The notes: a model not told the origin generated them from the letters alone. Shown: positions 1 through 8,550, counted from the first letter of the stretch. The stretch is DNA of 64,000 bases from an uncultured Candidatus Saccharibacteria bacterium (GCA_964356795.1 CAYHIK010000005.1:10767-74766), one strand, 5' to 3'. Translations and numbers: made by a program.

Positions 1-677
1 CGCTTCGCAATTTCTTGAAGTATCTCGCAAAGCGTCAAATCAAATCGGTGGCACCCGAGCGGGTTGAGCTGGGCAAGCAAGAAGACAGGCAGGTGAGTTT
101 CCTGGAGCCTAGCGAGCTTGAGCGATTACTCGAGGCACCCGAGGGTGGCGACTTACCTGCGCTTCGCGACCGCGCAATGCTGGCTATGTTGTTCTCGACC
201 GGCATGCGCGTGTCGGAGTTGTGCTCACTTAATCGTGACATGGTGTCCATTGAGCGGGGAGAGGTGTCGGTGCGAGGAAAGGGTGGCAAGGTGCGCCCAG
301 TCTTCGTTTCCGAGGATGCCGCAGAGCACTTGAAGGCATACACGTCAGCGCGCGTCGATATAGACCCCGCGCTCTTCATCCGCATTCCGCGCAACAAGTC
401 ATTTGGGAAGTACGACAACCTGCGCCTCACTTCGCGCTCTATCCAGCGCATCGTGCATCAACACGCGACTGCTGCGGGCATCGTGGGCAAGCAGGTGAGC
501 CCACACACGCTGCGCCATTCATTTGCTACCGACCTTTTACGCAATGGCGCAGACATTCGCTCCGTGCAGGCAATGCTTGGCCACTCAAGCGTGACTACTA
601 CGCAAATTTACACCCATGTGACCGACAAAGGCCTCCGCGAAATCCACGCAAAGTTTCTAAAGGGACCGAAGAAATAA
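1..677 (+). CDS. Tyrosine recombinase, XerC/XerD family (5' end probably outside the window)
   Basis: RDRAML..LFSTGMRVSEL, VRGKGGKVR, SPHTLRHSFAT and LGHSSVTTTQIYT catalytic motifs. Confidence 0.93.
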   Translation, partial: LRNFLKYLAKRQIKSVAPERVELGKQEDRQVSFLEPSELERLLEAPEGGDLPALRDRAMLAMLFSTGMRVSELCSLNRDMVSIERGEVSVRGKGGKVRPVFVSEDAAEHLKAYTSARVDIDPALFIRIPRNKSFGKYDNLRLTSRSIQRIVHQHATAAGIVGKQVSPHTLRHSFATDLLRNGADIRSVQAMLGHSSVTTTQIYTHVTDKGLREIHAKFLKGPKK

Positions 678-702
678 AAAGCGAGCGCGTGAGGCGCTCG
701 CT
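676..702. terminator. Hairpin terminator between convergent genes
   Basis: AAAAA-GCGAGCGC-gtgag-GCGCTCGC. Confidence 0.7.
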
Positions 703-707
703 GGGAG

Positions 708-1103
708 TCAGAGCTTCTTCATTTCTGTGGCGTAGAGAAGCATTTCTCGAGCGCCTCCACATATGCATCTGAAATGCACCTCGTATTGTCGCGCATGCAT
801 ACCGTTGAGTGCTCCGCCGAGCCACTTGCTGTTGTACTCCTCATCTGGCGGGTTCGGTGAAAGCACGCGGGCTACGACTGCCTCGATGCGGAATGAGCCC
901 TTCTTTTTGCTACACCTAGCCAGTTCGCGCCACGTAACCCTATCGCCAAGGGCAAACTTCTTTGGCTCTGTAGGCATTGCCGCGCATTTTTGTGCTTGCT
1001 TGAGAGTCGCATAGCCCGTACGGCAGATGTTGCAGAGGAACTCTACTTGCGTTCGCCTGCGTCGGATGATTTTACCGAGCTTCTTGTCCTGAATTTTGTC
1101 CAT
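708..1103 (-). CDS. Hypothetical basic Cys-containing protein
   Basis: ORF with GGGAG SD before ATG at 1103, upstream TTGCAC-N17-CATACT promoter, CxxC and CxC motifs. Confidence 0.65.
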   Translation of the reverse strand: MDKIQDKKLGKIIRRRRTQVEFLCNICRTGYATLKQAQKCAAMPTEPKKFALGDRVTWRELARCSKKKGSFRIEAVVARVLSPNPPDEEYNSKWLGGALNGMHARQYEVHFRCICGGAREMLLYATEMKKL

Positions 1104-1186
1104 CTCCCACTCCCTTCGCCACCACTGCAATTTTATCAAGGTTCGTTCCTTGCGAAGTCGCGGAAAGTATGCACAATATCTACTAT

Positions 1187-1927
1187 ATGTGCAAGGTACT
1201 CGTGCCTATGGCGACGCGGGGCGGGAAGGGGGAAGAAATTGGCGCGCTGAACTATGCGCGAATTCCATATGTGCGCCAACTCGTAGAGCGGGGGCTTGAG
1301 CCACGATTCGTGTCGATGCTGATGACGCCCGTAATGATCGCGCGGGCATACGATGAATCCGCTGGCATCCTCTGTATGGGTGGGGGCGATATTAATGCGC
1401 GCATGTATGGGCATACGAATCATGTACGGAATGACCGCGCAGAACCCGAACGCGACGTTATCGAAATCGCCCTGATTCGTATGGCGATGGCTGACCGGAA
1501 GCCAGTGCTCGGCATTTGTCGTGGCATGCAGGCAATTGCGGTAGCATCAGGCGGAACACTTCATCAACACATTCCAGATATCGTGCCCGACGAGGAGCAT
1601 GGTATTGGAGAGGGGAATGGCTACGATGCGCTTCGAGAGCGGGCATATCACGCGGTGCGTCTTGATGCCGACTCTCGCATTGCACGCATCATGGGTACGC
1701 ACGAGGTTCGTATGAATACGGGGCACCACCAGGCGGTGGCGTCGACGGGCGAGGTGGTCCGCGTATCGGGTCGCTCTCCGATGGGCATTGCTGAGTTCCT
1801 TGAGGGTGTCGATGATTCGTACTATTGTGTCGGTGTGCAGGGGCACCCCGAGGCGCAAGATGATATCGTCGCTCATGCGCTCTTTGATTCTTTTGCGAAC
1901 GCTGTACTAAATAATTCTTTTCGATGA
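1187..1927 (+). CDS. Glutamine amidotransferase-like peptidase C26 (PuuD-like)
   Basis: GGGDI, LGICRGMQ, HHQAV and GVQGHPE motifs; start codon uncertain. Confidence 0.9.
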   Translation: MCKVLVPMATRGGKGEEIGALNYARIPYVRQLVERGLEPRFVSMLMTPVMIARAYDESAGILCMGGGDINARMYGHTNHVRNDRAEPERDVIEIALIRMAMADRKPVLGICRGMQAIAVASGGTLHQHIPDIVPDEEHGIGEGNGYDALRERAYHAVRLDADSRIARIMGTHEVRMNTGHHQAVASTGEVVRVSGRSPMGIAEFLEGVDDSYYCVGVQGHPEAQDDIVAHALFDSFANAVLNNSFR

Positions 1928-2439
1928 ATCAGAAAAAACTCATCATGATAGTTGTGGGATTGCTCGTGGTCGGTGCGGTGAGCTCCTATGGAAGCCGATA
2001 TTTTGCCGAGCGATCTATTGAGGGTTCGATCGAGGATGCGACTGGCGGTCGCGTGAACGTTGATAGCGATGGAGGTGATGTGACGATAAAGACTGATGAC
2101 GGTACCTGGACTTCAAGCGATGATTCGCTTCCCAAGGATTTTCCGAACGATGTTCCTGTGTATCCGGGCGCATCGATACAGGGTTCTATCGGCACGACAA
2201 GCGGAAGCGAGGGGAATGGAAACTATGTCGGACTCGAATCGACAGACGCATTTGCTGTCGTAGTCGCATGGTACCAGAAAGAGGTTGCTGAAAAGGGGTG
2301 GAGTATCGTGTCAAACCTCAACGTAGACAACGTTGTCAGCTTGAGTGCATCGAAGGATAATCGAACACTTGTGGTGAGTATCACCAAGGACGCTGATTCT
2401 GGAAAGGTTGGCATTGGCCTCTTTGTGTCGCAGAAGTAA
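1924..2439 (+). CDS. Membrane-anchored hypothetical protein
   Basis: N-terminal TM helix; LPKDFPNDVPVYPGA motif; ATGA overlap with the upstream stop. Confidence 0.8.
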   Translation: MNQKKLIMIVVGLLVVGAVSSYGSRYFAERSIEGSIEDATGGRVNVDSDGGDVTIKTDDGTWTSSDDSLPKDFPNDVPVYPGASIQGSIGTTSGSEGNGNYVGLESTDAFAVVVAWYQKEVAEKGWSIVSNLNVDNVVSLSASKDNRTLVVSITKDADSGKVGIGLFVSQK

Positions 2440-2579
2440 TGGGGGCTCGAATAGGAGTGAGCTATTGCGTAGAGGGTCAAAAGTGTGTTACGGTGCAAGT
2501 GTATTGACTGGTATGCCGACTCTTTCGTGGTCATACGGCGCCTCTGGTGTCGTAGTCGTGCGGCGAGCGGTCATAAATC

Positions 2580-2738
2580 ATGGACGAGAAGAAATGTTCC
2601 TCATGCGAAGGCATTGAGTTCGCAGATGGTAAGTGTGCGAAGTGTGGCGCTGAAGAGCCAAAGGTAGAGGTTTCTGCACCAGCAGAGGTCTCTGAGCCTG
2701 TAGAGGCTCCTGCACCAGAAGAAACGCCCGCACAGTAG
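2580..2738 (+). CDS. 52-aa zinc-ribbon microprotein (not in the ORF track)
   Basis: MDEKKCSSCEGIEFADGKCAKCGAEEPKVEVSAPAEVSEPVEAPAPEETPAQ*; followed directly by a terminator. Confidence 0.7.
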   Translation: MDEKKCSSCEGIEFADGKCAKCGAEEPKVEVSAPAEVSEPVEAPAPEETPAQ

Positions 2739-2746
2739 TCTGTAGC

Positions 2747-2778
2747 AAAAAACCGAGTTCATCCGAGCTCGGTTTTTT
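2747..2778. terminator. Bidirectional intrinsic terminator
   Basis: AAAAAACCGAGTTC-atcc-GAGCTCGGTTTTTT. Confidence 0.8.
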
Positions 2779-2782
2779 AATG

Positions 2783-2979
2783 TGTGCTCTCGGCAGGAAT
2801 CACCCTCCACTCTCGGCGTCGCCAGTCGCGACGTCTCGGTTTCAGGCTCCCGCCCTCGCGGTGTCGGCTTCTACCGCCACATCGCTCCGGGCTTCGATTC
2901 CTGCCGACGGGATAGCATCTGCAAAACAACGCCGAGCCAAATGGCTCAGCATTGTTTTGATGTGCTCTCGGCAGGAATC
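2783..2979. repeat. 19-bp direct repeat of the tRNA-Arg 3' end (2783-2801 / 2961-2979) bounding a structured gene-less insert
   Basis: TGTGCTCTCGGCAGGAATC occurs twice; an inverted copy GATTCCTGCCGA lies at about 2896-2907. Confidence 0.85.
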
Positions 2980-3034
2980 GAACCTGCATTTCCGGCTTCG
3001 GAGGCTAGCGTCCTATCCATTGAACGACAAGAGC
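2963..3034 (-). tRNA. tRNA-Arg(CCG)
   Basis: Cloverleaf GCTCTTG..CT-CCG-AA..GGTTCGATTCC..CGAGAGCA; one mismatch in the anticodon stem. Confidence 0.92.
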
Positions 3035-3045
3035 TGACATTGCGG

Positions 3046-3129
3046 TGCCTGGGGTCGGACTCGAACCGACACGGCCTTGCGGCCACAACATTTTAAGTGT
3101 TGCGAGTCTACCGATTTCTCCACCCAGGC
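3046..3129 (-). tRNA. tRNA-Leu(TAA)
   Basis: CAACA-CT-TAA-AA-TGTTG anticodon arm, long variable arm, GGTTCGAGTCC. Confidence 0.95.
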
Positions 3130-3141
3130 AGAAATGAACTG

Positions 3142-3214
3142 AGGTGCCGGCGGGATTTGCACCCGCGAATGTCGGTTTTGCAGACCGATGTGTTAGCTAC
3201 TTCACCACGGCACC
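3142..3214 (-). tRNA. tRNA-Cys(GCA)
   Basis: TCGGT-CT-GCA-AA-ACCGA; T-loop TGCAAAT; U73 discriminator. Confidence 0.93.
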
Positions 3215-3892
3215 ATTACGCATTCTCAAATACCTACGCATCACCGCTCTCTTTCTTTCAAGATATAGATGATGGGGCACTCTTCTGTACAAGAAGGTGC
3301 ACAATATAATACTATCATGAGTTGAATATCGCAATTGGAAGGATCGATGTGATACGCTGATCTTTCTCTTTTGTAGCTCAAGTCTCGCTCTTACGACCTC
3401 TTCAAGGCCGCAAAGGAAGTTTCGACTTCCTGAGGTGAAGATAGTCGACAGGCGTTTTAATATCCGCTGGCCTCTCTTTCCTGTGCCCATTTCTAGGTAA
3501 ATACATCCATCACCATCAAGATATCCTCGGATGAAATGAGCCAGATACGAGGATGGTACGTTTGGGAAGGGAATTGTCAGTGATTTATTTGGGTAAAGGC
3601 CCAACCTTGTAAGATCGTCGAAAATCTTATGACTCCCTATCCTTAGCGTATAGCGTGGCTTCCCAGGATATTTGACATCGTGTCGCAATGGCGTGATGGT
3701 ATGCTCGGAGCCCATCCACTCTCGCATGCGTTCAAGCATTATCCTGTCAGTGCTCGTTACGCTTGTATATTTCCCACGCATATACGGAGCATCCGTGAGG
3801 GATCCGTCGGCATAGAGGTAACCGAGAAGATAGGCCATTCTTGGGTGCCACCTGGAAAAGAAGTCCTCATTGACGGCATATTTTATCCCCAC
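3197..3892 (-). CDS. Free-standing two-motif LAGLIDADG endonuclease-like protein
   Basis: AYLLGYLYADGS and HFIRGYLDGDGC motifs; stop codon lies inside tRNA-Cys. Confidence 0.85.
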   Translation of the reverse strand: MGIKYAVNEDFFSRWHPRMAYLLGYLYADGSLTDAPYMRGKYTSVTSTDRIMLERMREWMGSEHTITPLRHDVKYPGKPRYTLRIGSHKIFDDLTRLGLYPNKSLTIPFPNVPSSYLAHFIRGYLDGDGCIYLEMGTGKRGQRILKRLSTIFTSGSRNFLCGLEEVVRARLELQKRKISVSHRSFQLRYSTHDSIILCTFLYRRVPHHLYLERKRAVMRRYLRMRNGAVVK

Positions 3893-3930
3893 GCACCAAT
3901 TATAGGTGGTAATAGGTAGCTATGTAAACT

Positions 3931-5457
3931 CTATAACGACTGCGCGACCTGCGCTTCGGTGATGAACTCTATTGTATCACCTTCCTGAATTTTGCCGTCG
4001 AATCCTGAGGTGTCAATGCGCATACCACACTCAACGCCTTGTCCAACTTCTGACACATCTTCTTTTTCCTGCTGAAGGCTCGTGATTTTCCCAATACGTG
4101 TGGGCGTCTCGCCGCGCATGAGATCAGCAATTGCACCCTTCTTCACGACACCCGAAACGACACGCCCTCCAAGGATAATCGTGCGAGCTTCGGTCTTGAA
4201 GATTGCAAGTACGCGGAGTTTTCCGACGACGGTGCGCTCGGTGGTGCTGGGTAAGAGTGTGGTGAGTTCATTTCGAACCGCTTCGATGAGTTCGTAGATG
4301 ATGTCGAATGAGCGGATGATGATTGCGTCGCGCTCGGCAAGTTTCTGTGCAGCGGATTCAGTTTGCACTCGGAACCCAATTACGATGGCTCCCTTCGCGG
4401 CGGCGGTCTTCACGTCTGCCTCGGAGATGTTGCCAATGCCAGAGCTGAGCACGCGTACGCCGACCTGCTCGCTCTTGATGGCGCCCAGTGACAACTCGAT
4501 TGCTTCCAGCGAGCTTGCAACGTCTGCTTTGAAGATAACATTCAGCGTGAGGCGCTTTGTATCGGCGGTGTATTCACCGCGGTAGGTATCAAATGCCACA
4601 GGCGGGGGAGTGACCGAATCCGCGGCGAGCTCTTCGGCTGCTTTCTTTGCGCCCGCGGTTCGGAATTGCTCGCCAACGCGTGGCGCCTCTTGCCATCCCG
4701 TAATCACTACGGGTTGCGAGGGGCGTGCCGTATCAATGATGACGCCATTAAAATCTTCCATACTCTTCACTTTGCCGACGACATGACCAACCACAATCCA
4801 GTCGCCGACGCGGAGGATGCCGTGTTGCACGAGTGCTGTTGCCACATATCCTCGACGCTTATCGAGATTTGATTCGATGATGATGCCATCAGCTGGCCCA
4901 CTCACGTGCTCCTTGAGTTCAGCGAGTTCAGCGACGAGGAGCACCATCTCGAGAAGTTCGGGTATTCCTGCACCAGTTTTTGCAGAGATTTCAATTGCGG
5001 GAGTTTGCCCGCCCCACTCTTCGACGAGCACATCTTCTTGGGCGAGGTCTTGCTTGACCTTGGCGGAGGTAGCGCCTTCTTTGTCTATTTTGTTGATTGC
5101 GACGATGCAGGGGATGCCAGCGTCTTTGATGATGCGGATTGCTTCTTTGGTCTGCGGTTTTACCGATTCATCGGCAGCGATGACGAGAATAGCAATATCG
5201 GCAACTTTCGCACCGCGGCTTCGGATTGCAGTAAACGCTTCGTGGCCCGGGGTGTCGAGGAACGTGATGAGTTTGCCATTCGCTTCTGCTTGATAGGCGC
5301 CGATGTGTTGAGTGATACCCCCTGATTCGCCCTCAATGACATTCGCTTTACGAATGGTATCGAGGAGCTTCGTTTTGCCATGGTCAACATGCCCCAACAC
5401 GACCACGACGGGAGGACGCAACGTTTCCGCTGATTTTTGAGTGGTTGAGGGTGCCAT
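3931..5457 (-). CDS. infB: Translation initiation factor IF-2 (short form)
   Basis: RPPVVVVLGHVDHGKT, GGITQHIGAY, DTPGHEAF. Confidence 0.97.
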   Translation of the reverse strand: MAPSTTQKSAETLRPPVVVVLGHVDHGKTKLLDTIRKANVIEGESGGITQHIGAYQAEANGKLITFLDTPGHEAFTAIRSRGAKVADIAILVIAADESVKPQTKEAIRIIKDAGIPCIVAINKIDKEGATSAKVKQDLAQEDVLVEEWGGQTPAIEISAKTGAGIPELLEMVLLVAELAELKEHVSGPADGIIIESNLDKRRGYVATALVQHGILRVGDWIVVGHVVGKVKSMEDFNGVIIDTARPSQPVVITGWQEAPRVGEQFRTAGAKKAAEELAADSVTPPPVAFDTYRGEYTADTKRLTLNVIFKADVASSLEAIELSLGAIKSEQVGVRVLSSGIGNISEADVKTAAAKGAIVIGFRVQTESAAQKLAERDAIIIRSFDIIYELIEAVRNELTTLLPSTTERTVVGKLRVLAIFKTEARTIILGGRVVSGVVKKGAIADLMRGETPTRIGKITSLQQEKEDVSEVGQGVECGMRIDTSGFDGKIQEGDTIEFITEAQVAQSL

Positions 5458-5517
5458 AGCGACGTTGAAGGATACCACAGAAAATGTGGTATAGCAACGA
5501 TTTGATTGTGCGGACGC

Positions 5518-5838
5518 TTAGAGAATTCCTTCCTTGCGAAGGGCGGCTACAATGGAGTAGTCGGTGCGACCCGACTCATGCCGGTGCTTTAAGTCAGCTT
5601 CAATGACGTCCCAGATGGATACTTTGACGATGTGATCGTTGTCGACTTGGATGGGGAGCTTTTCCATTTTGTGGACGTGTTCAGTGATGTGGTGGCCCTC
5701 GTTGTCTACGAGATCGTAGATGAAGTACTGAGTGTCTTCTCGAAGATTTGCATCGGGATAGCGTTCGCGCAACTCAGCCATACGAGTTTCGATCTTTTCA
5801 ATAGAACGTTCTCCGCTTGGTGTCTCGTGGTGTTTCAT
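5518..5838 (-). CDS. Hypothetical protein
   Basis: ORF MKHHETPSGERS..., starting 9 nt after the upstream gene's stop. Confidence 0.6.
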   Translation of the reverse strand: MKHHETPSGERSIEKIETRMAELRERYPDANLREDTQYFIYDLVDNEGHHITEHVHKMEKLPIQVDNDHIVKVSIWDVIEADLKHRHESGRTDYSIVAALRKEGIL

Positions 5839-5846
5839 GGGTGACG

Positions 5847-6275
5847 CTATTTGTACGATGAACGAATCTGGAACAAGACGTACAGCGAAATGCCCGTGCC
5901 AATCAAGAATCCAAAGATGTCGAAGCGGATAAGCGAGCCAACTGCATTCAAGAGTGTGCTGTAGTATAGGAGCTTCCAGCCTGATGCGCGGTGAGCAAAG
6001 AGTCCAGAAACGGCGAGCGCAAGACATACCGCACTTGCAAGCGTGAGAACAGCGCCAAGAATGCCCCCGCCAGCGTACATCCATGCACCCGATGCAAGCA
6101 TCATCTTGCCCGCCATAGCGCTAAAGCCAAACAATGCCAGAATGAACGGCAATGCAAGCACGATACTTACGAGTGCGTAGTACGGAGCTACCTTTATGAG
6201 AAACGACTTAACGTTTGCAGGGAGACTGGGGAGGCCCGCAAACAGATCCGATAACATTTTTTCGAGTTCCTTCAT
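5847..6275 (-). CDS. Hypothetical multi-pass membrane protein
   Basis: Hydrophobic segments; LPSLP..VK.FL.K.AP N-terminus, LYVLFQIRSSYK C-terminus. Confidence 0.8.
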   Translation of the reverse strand: MKELEKMLSDLFAGLPSLPANVKSFLIKVAPYYALVSIVLALPFILALFGFSAMAGKMMLASGAWMYAGGGILGAVLTLASAVCLALAVSGLFAHRASGWKLLYYSTLLNAVGSLIRFDIFGFLIGTGISLYVLFQIRSSYK

Positions 6276-6340
6276 ATAAATATGATATTAATACGTGCCA
6301 CTATGGTATCACGAGCGCGTGGGGGATGCTATGGAAACTG

Positions 6341-6981
6341 TGCGGAGAGGGTGGGATTCGCCCTCAATTCTTTCGGAAAAAATTTGGGGGCTATCCATAA
6401 AAACTAATTCAGTTTTGAGTAAACTATCTTAAGCATTTCTTGCGGAGATAATTTACTACTATCAATTATACAAAAGTCGTCAAAAGATTTCGACTGCTGT
6501 GCTTTGAAGGTGAAGTCGAAACGATTTTTGTCAAAATCTTTACCCCTGCTTTCGTCTCGCTCCTTCACTCGTGAATGTAATACATCATAAGGTGCAATGA
6601 GAGAAAACTTGTGGAATTGAACACCATACTCATTTGAAATCATTTCGAGCCTTTTCAAGCGTTCTTCTGAAATGCCACTATCAATTACAGCATTTTTATT
6701 TTGCTCAAAAACTCCTTTCAATTTTTCAGTTATAATCTCAAACGCTCTTTTGTTGTCGCTATCTATCGAATCGGTTCTTTCAAGAAGTTTTCTCTCATTG
6801 TCCAAACTGAAAAATTCTGTATTAGAAAGATTGTTTTTGAGCAATTCTGAAAGTGTAGATTTTCCTGAACCTTTTGGCCCATCAAGAAGAATTAGATAGT
6901 TTTTCATATTAAACTTTCAATATTTCTAGTTCTCATATAACTTTTCGTGCAACTCTCTATTTGCGGAGAGGGTGGGATTCG
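6341..6981. mobile_element. tRNA-Ser(ACT)-anchored AT-rich one-gene micro-island
   Basis: 20-bp direct repeat TGCGGAGAGGGTGGGATTCG at 6341-6360 and 6962-6981; visibly AT-rich interior. Confidence 0.8.
6404..6907 (-). CDS. P-loop kinase-like protein (AAA_33/AAA_18-like)
   Basis: LILLDGPKGSGKST Walker A; AVIDS; RVKER lid-like motif. Confidence 0.85.
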   Translation of the reverse strand: MKNYLILLDGPKGSGKSTLSELLKNNLSNTEFFSLDNERKLLERTDSIDSDNKRAFEIITEKLKGVFEQNKNAVIDSGISEERLKRLEMISNEYGVQFHKFSLIAPYDVLHSRVKERDESRGKDFDKNRFDFTFKAQQSKSFDDFCIIDSSKLSPQEMLKIVYSKLN

Positions 6982-7050
6982 AACCCACGAGACTCGTGAG
7001 AGTCCGGCGGTTTAGTAAACCGCTGCTTTCAACCACTCAGCCACCTCTCC
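6964..7050 (-). tRNA. tRNA-Ser(ACT)
   Basis: GGAGAGG acceptor, GCGGT-TT-ACT-AA-ACCGC arm, long variable arm, G73. Confidence 0.9.
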
Positions 7051-7094
7051 AGGGGTGAATACTAGACCACTCTATACAATCTTTCCGAATTTTA

Positions 7095-7123
7095 AAACCC
7101 CAACATCACGAAGATGTTGGGGT
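7095..7123 (-). terminator. Intrinsic terminator
   Basis: ACCCCAACATC-acgaa-GATGTTGGGGT with an adjacent A-run. Confidence 0.7.
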
Positions 7124-7129
7124 GGTTAA

Positions 7130-7561
7130 TTAGGGCCTGCTTGTTTGCGTAGACGCCGCTCGCAGTAGTGGGGCGAAGCGGGCGGTGAGCGATGGGAAGA
7201 TTCTGACCAAATTCGTCAAAATGTCCGGTAGTGCTTGATGGACCAGCTGGACGTGACTCATTTCGATCGCGCTGGATCCCCAGTCGGCCGAGTAGGCGTA
7301 CACACCACGACCTCCCACGTGAACAGAAGCGTTAATTCCGACGTGGTCTCGCTTACACATGATGATTTCCCAGCTGAGCCCGGGAGTGGTGAATGCGCAA
7401 ATGATCTCGTGATAGCGAAAATGGGCGACATCCTGTTTGGTGAGGAATCCTCGGGCGATCCCGATGATAGCATCGATTTCCCATTTCATCTGGTTAAGTC
7501 TTTGAGAGCCCGCCAGAATTTGCTGGATTTGCTTCATGTTAACTGCAATTTCGTTTTCCAC
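7130..7561 (-). CDS. Hypothetical protein
   Basis: GTG start with AGGAG SD; own terminator. Confidence 0.7.
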   Translation of the reverse strand: MENEIAVNMKQIQQILAGSQRLNQMKWEIDAIIGIARGFLTKQDVAHFRYHEIICAFTTPGLSWEIIMCKRDHVGINASVHVGGRGVYAYSADWGSSAIEMSHVQLVHQALPDILTNLVRIFPSLTARFAPLLRAASTQTSRP

Positions 7562-7735
7562 TGATTCGGCTCCTGTATCCAGGGCCCCCTATCGGGGTCG
7601 GTTGTGAACGTGCTGCTACTGGCGGGGACGATGTCCCGAAATTAGAACCAAAACGGCTTAATTTCAGGAGCGTTGATAAAATGGTACGGGATTTAAGGCG
7701 AATATTCAACGAAAATCCTGCCTTATTCGATATTC

Positions 7736-7909
7736 CTACTTTCGCGCAGAAACAGTATTAACTATCTGCTCAACTTCTTTATCTGTAACCTTTGAGCCCG
7801 AAAGGCGGGCAGATGCACCAGTGGAGGCTATAAGCGTGGCACGACGAAGTTCCGCCAGACGTTCTGATGAGATGCCAGTACTCTTCTTTATGTGCTTAGA
7901 TTTTGTCAT
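7736..7909 (-). CDS. Small protein resembling a Fic N-terminal inhibitory helix / VbhA-like antitoxin
   Basis: LRRATLIASTGASARLSGSKVTDKEVEQI resembles the Fic STGASTRIEG segment; start codon uncertain. Confidence 0.55.
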   Translation of the reverse strand: MTKSKHIKKSTGISSERLAELRRATLIASTGASARLSGSKVTDKEVEQIVNTVSARK

Positions 7910-7922
7910 AGAAATGTTCTTT

Positions 7923-8489
7923 TTAAGCAACTATATCTTGAAACTCCTTAATTAATATTGGAGCTTCAATAAAGCCGTCACTTTCAGAAATATGTCCGGC
8001 ATCATGAAGCACTGTAATCTTTGATCCCAACTCTGCAAATTTCTCCTTATTTTCCTCAAATGCTCCGAACGGATCATTATCAGAAATAACCAATGTCGAT
8101 TTCGGAAGCACTGTCTTAACTTTCTGGATATTGATAGGAGTTTCTAACCAAGGTTTGGCTATTTCTTCTGTTTCTTCATCCTCCAAATTTTCTAGATTAA
8201 ACCAGCCAGCCACAAAGAGTGCTCCACCAACAGGAGTATTAATATTTTCTAGGTATCTTAAGATAGTCTGACAACCTATTGAGTGACCAATAAAATAAGT
8301 ATTGTTATCCGGAGTGCCGACAACTTCCGCAAGTTTAGCCACCCATTTTTCAATGACAGGTGTATCAATATCTGGCATGTCAGGCAACAAAACTTGGTAT
8401 CCTAATTTCTCCAACTCTGTTTTAAGCCAAGGTCTCCAATCGCCTTGTGCCCCTGCCATCCACTGATGAATAATAATTACTTTTTTCAT
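7923..8489 (-). CDS. RBBP9/YdeN-family alpha/beta serine hydrolase
   Basis: IIIH..W..WL, IGHSIG nucleophile elbow, SDNDP, AGHI; AT-rich. Confidence 0.9.
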   Translation of the reverse strand: MKKVIIIHQWMAGAQGDWRPWLKTELEKLGYQVLLPDMPDIDTPVIEKWVAKLAEVVGTPDNNTYFIGHSIGCQTILRYLENINTPVGGALFVAGWFNLENLEDEETEEIAKPWLETPINIQKVKTVLPKSTLVISDNDPFGAFEENKEKFAELGSKITVLHDAGHISESDGFIEAPILIKEFQDIVA

Positions 8490-8550
8490 GTCAGTTCGAA
8501 TCCCTTTGGGGGTGTACCTAAAAAATCATTTATTTACTTAATAAAATCAC

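Noticed and set aside
1-677. Recombinase as the integrase of the tRNA micro-islands
   Set aside because: It looks like a housekeeping Xer, lies outside the direct repeats and has host-like composition; action in trans cannot be shown from the sequence.
7617-7650. ACTGGCGG as the distal att site of the tRNA-Ser(GCT) insert
   Set aside because: Only about 8 nt match the tRNA 3' end, too short to support.
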